46,428 nt of DNA, from positions 1 through 46,428 of the forward strand of contig JBGSUG010000018.1 in NCBI GenBank assembly GCA_041736225.1. Direction: 5' to 3'. The notes under the pieces are model-generated. The model was not told the origin of the DNA. It ran no database searches and saw only the letters and a program-made list of their open reading frames with translations. The translations under genes and the position numbers were made by a program. The stretch is from Candidatus Aminicenantales bacterium. Its GTDB lineage: Bacteria; Acidobacteriota; Aminicenantia; Aminicenantales; Saccharicenantaceae. Each line of letters begins with the position of its first letter. The first letter of the stretch is position 1. Positions 41,142 to 46,428 of this stretch are shown piece by piece.

Positions 41142-42449
41142 ATGAAGTTCGATAACTCGCTCAAAATACAAAAGCGGTTCCGGGCCATCGTTCCCGGCGG
41201 GTGCCACACCTACGCGAAAGGGGACGACCAGTATCCCCAGCCCATGCCCGTCTATATCGCTAGGGGCAAGGGATCCCATGTCTGGGACCTCGACGGCAAC
41301 GAATACATCGAATACGGCCAGGGCCTGCGGACGGTGACGCTGGGTCACGCATTCGAGCCCGTCGTGGAGGCCTCGTACCGTCAGATGCTGTTGGGCAGCA
41401 ACTACGTCCGGCCGGCCCGGATCGAGCTCGAGTGCGCCGAGGAATTCCTCTCGATCGTCGACGGGGCCGACATGGTCAAGTTCGGCAAGGACGGATCGGA
41501 CGCGACGAGCGGCGCGGTCAGGCTGGCCCGGGCCTACACGGGCCGGGACATGGTGGCCATCTGCGGCGATCAGCCGTTCTTCTCGGTCGACGACTGGTTT
41601 ATCGGCAGCACACCCATGTCGGCGGGCATCCCGGCCTGCACGAAGGAACTCACGGTGGGATTTCGCTACAACGATATCGCGAGCGTGAGGGAACTCTTCG
41701 GCGCGTACCCGGGGCGGATCGCCTGCGTCATCCTCGAAGCCGAAAAGTACGAGCCTCCCGCCGCGGGTTTCCTGCACGAGCTCAAGGAGCTCGCCCACGA
41801 TAACGGGGCGGTCTTCATCCTCGACGAGATGATCACCGGATTCCGGTGGCACCTCGGCGGAGCCCAAAAGAAATACGACATCGTTCCCGACCTGTCGGCG
41901 TTCGGCAAAGCCCTCGGGAACGGGTTCGCCGTCTCGGCCCTGGCCGGGAAGAGGGACATCATGGAGCTGGGCGGCCTGGACCATGCGAAAGAGAGGGTCT
42001 TCCTCCTTTCGGCGACGCACGGCGCCGAGAACCACGCCCTCGCCGCGGCCATGGCCACGATGAAGTTCTACAGGGAGAATCCCGTCGTCGAAACGCTGTA
42101 TGCACAGGGCCGGCGTCTGGCCGAAGGCGTCAATCGGGCCTCGGCGGCACTGGGCCTTGCGGATCACGTCTCCGTCATCGGCCCGGATTGCTGCTCCGTT
42201 TACACGACCCGGGACGAGGCCGGAAAGCCATCGCAGCCTTTCCGGACGCTGTTCCTGCAGGAAACCATGAAACGCGGCCTCCTGATGCCCTCGAGCATCG
42301 TCTCCTACGCCCATTCCGACGCGGACATCGATCAGACGATCGACAGGATCTCCGAAGCCCTCGTCGTCTATAGGAAAGCCCTCGACGAAGGGATCGGGAA
42401 ATACCTCGACGGGGCGCCTGTCAAGCCCGTTTTCCGTAAATTCAATTAG
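41142..42449 (+). CDS. Class-III PLP aminotransferase, glutamate-1-semialdehyde 2,1-aminomutase-like
   Basis: GGCHTYAKG, IARGKGSHVWDLDGNEYIEY, FILDEMITGFR and DLSAFGKALGNGFAVSALAG (PLP lysine). Confidence 0.85.
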   Translation: MKFDNSLKIQKRFRAIVPGGCHTYAKGDDQYPQPMPVYIARGKGSHVWDLDGNEYIEYGQGLRTVTLGHAFEPVVEASYRQMLLGSNYVRPARIELECAEEFLSIVDGADMVKFGKDGSDATSGAVRLARAYTGRDMVAICGDQPFFSVDDWFIGSTPMSAGIPACTKELTVGFRYNDIASVRELFGAYPGRIACVILEAEKYEPPAAGFLHELKELAHDNGAVFILDEMITGFRWHLGGAQKKYDIVPDLSAFGKALGNGFAVSALAGKRDIMELGGLDHAKERVFLLSATHGAENHALAAAMATMKFYRENPVVETLYAQGRRLAEGVNRASAALGLADHVSVIGPDCCSVYTTRDEAGKPSQPFRTLFLQETMKRGLLMPSSIVSYAHSDADIDQTIDRISEALVVYRKALDEGIGKYLDGAPVKPVFRKFN

Positions 42450-42529
42450 AGCCGGAGCGTTCCTGCCTCAGCCCCCCCGCCGGCCTACGCCGTTCCGGAA
42501 CGGAAGCCAACTCGCTGTAAACAATGCCC

Positions 42530-42558
42530 TTGACTTTTTCAAACGAATGAGTTATTAA
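42530..42558 (+). promoter_or_regulatory. Candidate sigma70-type promoter for the Kelch lipoprotein gene
   Basis: TTGACT (42530-42535), 17-nt spacer, TATTAA (42553-42558), in a conspicuously AT-rich stretch. The implied leader of about 130 nt contains alternative hairpins (CGCCG/CGGCG or GAAGT/ACTTC at 42631-42651) followed by a T-rich tract. Confidence 0.4.
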
Positions 42559-42691
42559 ATAGGCAGGAAGCGCCAAGGGAGTCAACGGAAAAGAGAGCGT
42601 AGAAGTACCTTTTATTCAGCTACCGTTCTTCGCCGAAGTTGCGGCGACTTCTCTGGACTTTTCATTTTTTGGAGTGAAAGGAAAGTCAGGA

Positions 42692-44140
42692 ATGGCAAAG
42701 ACACATTCGATGAAAAACCGCCGGAAATGGGGTGCTTGGCTATCCGTCCTGACGGCCATCTCGATTGTCTCTCTGATGTCGGCTTGCATCATCGAAGACA
42801 AGGACGAGGACGAGCCTGAGTCGACCTATGGCTGGAGCTGGGAAGCGGGCAGCGATTCCGTCGGCCAGTCCGGCGTTTACGGAACGAAGGGCGCGGCCTC
42901 CGCATCCAACAGGCCCGGCGCCCGCGGATACCACCACCTCTTCTACGATCCGAGCGGCACGCTCTGGCTTTTCGGCGGACACGGGTTCGACTCGACGGGC
43001 GCCACCGACGAGCTCAACGACCTGTGGAAATACAACACCGCAAGTCACGAATGGACCTGGGTTTCGGGCAGCAACCTGGCCAGCGGACTGGGGACCTACG
43101 GCGTGCTCGGCACGGCGGCCCCCTCGAACGTTCCCGGGGCCAGGGATTCCTGCGGTTCCTGGCGCGACTCGAGTGGACGGCTCTGGGTCTTCGGCGGCTT
43201 CGGCTACGAGTCGACGGGCACCGACGACAGCACCCTCAACGATCTGTGGATGTTCAATCCGGCGACCAATCAATGGGCTTGGATGTCGGGCAGCATGAAC
43301 GCGGACCAGACGGGGATCTACGGGACGAAGGGCACGGCGGCTCCGGCCAACGTCCCCGGAGCGCGGTACCGGCCCGTGACCTGGCTGGGTTCCGACGGCA
43401 AGCTCTGGCTCTTCGGCGGTTACGGAAGGGATGCGACCGGCCATGTCGGCGAGCTCAACGACCTGTGGAAATTCGATCCCGCGACCCTCGAGTGGACCTG
43501 GGTCTCCGGGAGCGAGGCCCGGGACCAGACCGGGACCTACGGGACCAAGGGTGCGGCCGCTCCGGCCAGCGTTCCCGGAGCCAGAGACGCTTCGGCCGGC
43601 TGGCGGGACGCGACCGGCAAGTTCTGGCTCTTCGGCGGTGAAGGATACGGCGCGGCGGCCGTCGTCGGACAGCTGAACGATCTCTGGATGTACGATCCGG
43701 CGACGAACCAGTGGACATGGGTCTCCGGTGACAACACCGTCGATCATGCGGGCGTCTTCGGCACCCAGGGCACGGCGTCCGCGTCCAATAATCCCGGCGG
43801 CATTCACGGCGCCACCGGCTGGTTCGATCCCACGGGTAAGCTCTGGCTCTTCGGCGGAATGGGATACGATGCCGTCGGCACGTTGGGCCTGCTCGACGAC
43901 CTGTGGAAATTCGATCCCGCGACGAATCAATGGACGTGGACCGCGGGCAGCAAGACGTCGAACCGCAGAGGCACCTACGGGGCCCTGGGCAAGCGGTACC
44001 TGACCAATAATCCCGGCGGCCGAGACCATTTCGCCACGTGGATCAGTGCGAGCGGCGAGCTCTGGCTCTTCGGCGGCGACGGATACGATTCGGACGGCCT
44101 GAGGAACTACATCAACGACATGTGGAAGTACGTTCGGTAG
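42692..44140 (+). CDS. Six-bladed Kelch/galactose-oxidase-type beta-propeller lipoprotein
   Basis: Signal plus lipobox-like WLSVLTAISIVSLMSAC. There are six repeats of G-x-YG-x-x-G-x-A-x-x-x-N-x-PG[AG]... W-x-D-x-x-G-x-LW[LV]FGG-x-G[YF]... LNDLW-x-[YF]. ATG 42692 (AGGAAAG SD-like upstream) is preferred over GTG 42674. Confidence 0.85.
   Translation: MAKTHSMKNRRKWGAWLSVLTAISIVSLMSACIIEDKDEDEPESTYGWSWEAGSDSVGQSGVYGTKGAASASNRPGARGYHHLFYDPSGTLWLFGGHGFDSTGATDELNDLWKYNTASHEWTWVSGSNLASGLGTYGVLGTAAPSNVPGARDSCGSWRDSSGRLWVFGGFGYESTGTDDSTLNDLWMFNPATNQWAWMSGSMNADQTGIYGTKGTAAPANVPGARYRPVTWLGSDGKLWLFGGYGRDATGHVGELNDLWKFDPATLEWTWVSGSEARDQTGTYGTKGAAAPASVPGARDASAGWRDATGKFWLFGGEGYGAAAVVGQLNDLWMYDPATNQWTWVSGDNTVDHAGVFGTQGTASASNNPGGIHGATGWFDPTGKLWLFGGMGYDAVGTLGLLDDLWKFDPATNQWTWTAGSKTSNRRGTYGALGKRYLTNNPGGRDHFATWISASGELWLFGGDGYDSDGLRNYINDMWKYVR
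42827..44137 (+). repeat. Coding tandem repeat: six Kelch blades, period of about 58-65 aa
   Basis: LNDLWKYNTASHEWTWVSGS, LNDLWMFNPATNQWAWMSGS, LNDLWKFDPATLEWTWVSGS, LNDLWMYDPATNQWTWVSGD, LDDLWKFDPATNQWTWTAGS and a terminal INDMWKYV. An N-terminal YGWSWEAGS strand suggests velcro closure of the propeller. Confidence 0.85.
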
Positions 44141-44176
44141 GGCCGTCAGTACAGTCTATAACGGGCGGGAGGGCCG

Positions 44177-45358
44177 TCATTCCGGATAGTCCGGGATGGC
44201 GGCTCGGCCGCCCACCTTGATCCACCTTCCCAGCCTGTCCGACTCGACGGCCGCGTCGACGATGCGCATCATCTCGTGGCCGGTCCGGAAGTCGGGGAAG
44301 GTCGTCCTAATGGGCTTCCCCTCGCGCTTCGCTGCGACCGCTTCGTAAAAATCACGGAAGAGGTTGAAGACCGCATCGTGATAGCCCATGGGGTGGCCCG
44401 TGGGCAGTGCCGCATATCTTCGCGTCCCTTCCGCCTGCAGGCTGGACGATTCGTAGAAGACCTCGTTGGCCTTCTCGCGGTGCCCTATCCAGAGTGCGTT
44501 GGGGTGGACGTGGCTCCAGGCGCAGGACTCCTTCGAGCCGAAGATCTGGAGCTCGAGGTCGACCTTGCGACCCGCCGCGGCCTGGCAGGTCGTGAAATTC
44601 CCCCGTGCGCCGTTCTCGAGCTTGAGGAAAAGGGCGGCGTAATCGTCGAGAGTGATGTCGACTTCCTCGGTCTCTCCCGCCCGCCCCGCGCCGAAGGACA
44701 ACACTCCTCCCGTCGGCTTCAAACGCTTCGGAACGCAGGTGTGGAGCTCGGCCATGACCTCGACGATCTTCTGGCCGGTAACGAACTGGACGAGGTCGCA
44801 CCAGTGGCTTCCCAGATCGGCCACGACGTTAGCCCGGCCGGCGACCTTGGGATCGAGCCTCCAGGAATAATCGGTCTCGAAGAGAAGCCAATCCTGCAGG
44901 AAATGCCCGACGAAGGCCCGGACCTCGCCCAGGTCGCCCCGCTTCGCCTTCGCCGCGGCCTCCTGGACGACCGGATAATAGCGGTAGCAGAAGTCGATGG
45001 CGGTCAGGGTGCCGTGCTCTTCGGCCAGGTCGACGAGCTCTCCGGATTCCCCGGAATCGAGGGCCAACGGCTTCTCCGACAGCACCTCTTTTCCCGCCCG
45101 GATGGCCCCGGCGTTGATGTTGACGTGCGCGTTGTTCGGGGCGCAGTCGTGTACGACCTCGATATCCCGGTCTTCGATGAGGGACTCCGCGTCGCCGTAG
45201 ACTCTGGGGACGCCGAACCGCTCCGCCGTCCGCCTCGCCAGGTCCTGGTTGGGGTCGGCCACGGCCGCGACCTCGACGCCGCCGAGCCGGCGCAGCATCT
45301 CCAGGTGGACGACGCCGATGTAGCCCGTTCCTATGAGCCCGACCTTGATCGTCTTCAT
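44177..45358 (-). CDS. Gfo/Idh/MocA family oxidoreductase
   Basis: MKTIKVGLIGTGYIGVVHLE (Rossmann) and LSEKPLALD (EKP motif). AAGGAGG lies 5 nt upstream of ATG 45358. Confidence 0.85.
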   Translation of the reverse strand: MKTIKVGLIGTGYIGVVHLEMLRRLGGVEVAAVADPNQDLARRTAERFGVPRVYGDAESLIEDRDIEVVHDCAPNNAHVNINAGAIRAGKEVLSEKPLALDSGESGELVDLAEEHGTLTAIDFCYRYYPVVQEAAAKAKRGDLGEVRAFVGHFLQDWLLFETDYSWRLDPKVAGRANVVADLGSHWCDLVQFVTGQKIVEVMAELHTCVPKRLKPTGGVLSFGAGRAGETEEVDITLDDYAALFLKLENGARGNFTTCQAAAGRKVDLELQIFGSKESCAWSHVHPNALWIGHREKANEVFYESSSLQAEGTRRYAALPTGHPMGYHDAVFNLFRDFYEAVAAKREGKPIRTTFPDFRTGHEMMRIVDAAVESDRLGRWIKVGGRAAIPDYPE

Positions 45359-45460
45359 GAGCCCCTCCTTTCAGGGACCAGCATAATCCATCGCCCTGCT
45401 GCGGGTAAAGGGGAGGGCTTATCTGTTGCCAAGATGGCGGAAATCGGGTAAAAAGACCCC

Positions 45461-46428
45461 ATGGCTCACCATCTGTCCGTGAGGACAGGCTATCCCGCGC
45501 TCGTCGAGCGGCTGAACAAATCTCCGCAGGGGGCGCCCCCATCGAACCTTCTCTACGCTATCCTCAAGATGCTCATGAGCGAAAAAGAAGCTTCGCTCGT
45601 AGCTCTCGTCCCCATCAAGCCGTTCACCGCGAAAACGGCCGCCAGGGCCTGGAAAACGAGCCTACCCGAGGCCCAAAAGGCCCTCGACGCCCTTGCGTCA
45701 AGGGCCCTGCTCGTCGACGTCGAGGGCCGTAGGAACCGGTACTACACCTTGCCGCCGCCCATGGCCGGATTCTTTGAGTTCTCCATGATGAGGCTGCGCG
45801 GCGACCTCGACCAGACGGTCCTGGCCAAGCTCTATCACCAGTACGTCACCGTCGAGGAGGATTTCATCAAAGCCCTCTTCACCCAGGGGGAGACCCATCT
45901 CGGCCGTGTGTTCGTCAATGAATCGGTCCTGTCGAGCGAGAACGCGATACATGTCCTCGACTACGAGCGGTCCAGCCAGGTCGTCAAGACAGCGTCACAC
46001 CGGGGGATCAGCCTCTGCTACTGCCGGCACAAGATGGAGCACGTCGGCAAGGACTGCGACGCCCCCAAGGATATCTGCATGACCTTCAACAGCTCGGCCG
46101 AATCGCTGACCCATTACGGGTATGCGCGCGCTGTGGATGTCTCTGAGGGGCTGGATTTGCTCCAACAGGCCTGGGAGCACAACCTGGTGCAGTTCGGCGA
46201 GAACGTGCGCCAGGGGGTAAATTTCATCTGCAACTGCTGCGGCTGCTGCTGTGAGGCCATGATCGCGGCGCGGCGCTTTGCCTTCCTCAACCCGGTCCAT
46301 ACCACCAACTTCATCGCCGAGGTGGACCTGAGCCAGTGCAATGGCTGCGGGAAGTGCGTTGCGGCCTGCCCGGTGGAGGCGATGGGGCTGGTTTCGGCCA
46401 ACGACCCGCACCAGCCTAACCGCAAGCA
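45461..46428 (+). CDS. Fe-S cluster protein (Cys-rich CNCCGCCCE motif plus a 4Fe-4S ferredoxin-type motif), 3-prime end cut by the window; absent from the supplied ORF track
   Basis: My own translation from ATG 45461 (in-frame TAA at 45449) reads MAHHLSVRTGYPALVERLNKSPQGAPPSNLLYAILKMLMSEKEASLVALVP...SLCYCRHKMEHVGKDCDAPKDICM...NFICNCCGCCCEAMIAARR (Cys cluster 46229-46255)...CNGCGKCVAACP (46337-46372). The frame is open to the window end. Confidence 0.75.
   Translation, partial: MAHHLSVRTGYPALVERLNKSPQGAPPSNLLYAILKMLMSEKEASLVALVPIKPFTAKTAARAWKTSLPEAQKALDALASRALLVDVEGRRNRYYTLPPPMAGFFEFSMMRLRGDLDQTVLAKLYHQYVTVEEDFIKALFTQGETHLGRVFVNESVLSSENAIHVLDYERSSQVVKTASHRGISLCYCRHKMEHVGKDCDAPKDICMTFNSSAESLTHYGYARAVDVSEGLDLLQQAWEHNLVQFGENVRQGVNFICNCCGCCCEAMIAARRFAFLNPVHTTNFIAEVDLSQCNGCGKCVAACPVEAMGLVSANDPHQPNRK

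Noticed and set aside
42490-42503. Perfect palindrome CCGTTCCGGAACGG, 40 nt after the aminotransferase stop, considered as an intrinsic terminator
   Set aside because: The stem would be only 5 bp with a 4-nt loop, and no U-tract follows. It is kept only as a note within the Kelch-leader finding.
40896-45451. ORFs 40896..42314 (-), 42740..44029 (-) and 44276..45451 (+)
   Set aside because: They are antisense to the aminotransferase, the Kelch protein and the second Gfo/Idh/MocA gene respectively. In the Kelch case the apparent periodicity is simply the mirror of the coding repeat.
45698-46425. Minus-strand ORFs 45698..45952, 45995..46411 and 46114..46425
   Set aside because: They overlap the plus-strand open frame encoding the Cys-cluster Fe-S protein. 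The plus frame has canonical CxxCxxCxxxCP and normal composition, and the minus frames do not.

Overview
GC-rich bacterial chromosomal segment (by eye about 60-65% G+C, not computed; taxon not determinable here). It is essentially one large, tightly packed Wzx/Wzy-type surface-glycan (EPS, O-antigen or capsule-like) biosynthesis island. I call 39 protein-coding genes plus one doubtful micro-ORF. I found no rRNA, tRNA, CRISPR, transposase or integrase.

Modules, left to right:
1. 2-7879: nucleotidyltransferase::UPF0104 membrane fusion, an orphan PP-loop enzyme, an ATP-grasp ligase, an SDR, a Gfo/Idh/MocA oxidoreductase and a GT4.
2. 7928-12922: two tandem paralogous secreted beta-helix proteins, one carrying 5 PKD domains.
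3. 13018-21625: GT2, an aberrant enolase-like protein plus histidine phosphatase, two tandem TupA-like ATP-grasp ligases, GT2, Wzx, Wzy-like.
4. 21749-27342: a CDP-hexose C-methyl/epimerase branch (SDR, C-methyltransferase, RmlC-like, DUF4910, RfbF, PIG-L).
5. 28179-35828: a long minus-strand operon (CE4::DUF354 fusion, WecB, toroid-like unknown, CE4-like, FemAB-like, DegT).
6. 36008-42449: a DUF4038/GH140-like lipoprotein and a private FabH-ACP-FabZ-FabG-LbH-aminotransferase cassette.
7. 42692-46428: a 6-bladed Kelch lipoprotein, a second Gfo/Idh/MocA gene and a 3-prime-truncated Fe-S protein that is absent from the supplied ORF track.

Most long ORFs on the opposite strand or in alternative frames are GC-driven shadow ORFs and were rejected. 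The most unusual property is the co-occurrence of four amino-acid-ligase-type enzymes, a PP-loop enzyme, a dedicated ACP pathway and an atypical enolase in a single glycan locus. This suggests a peptide- and acyl-decorated polymer of undescribed chemistry. No initiating phosphoglycosyltransferase, Wza/Wzc or Wzz gene was recognised, so the island probably continues beyond the window. All family assignments are by-eye motif recognition, with no searches run.
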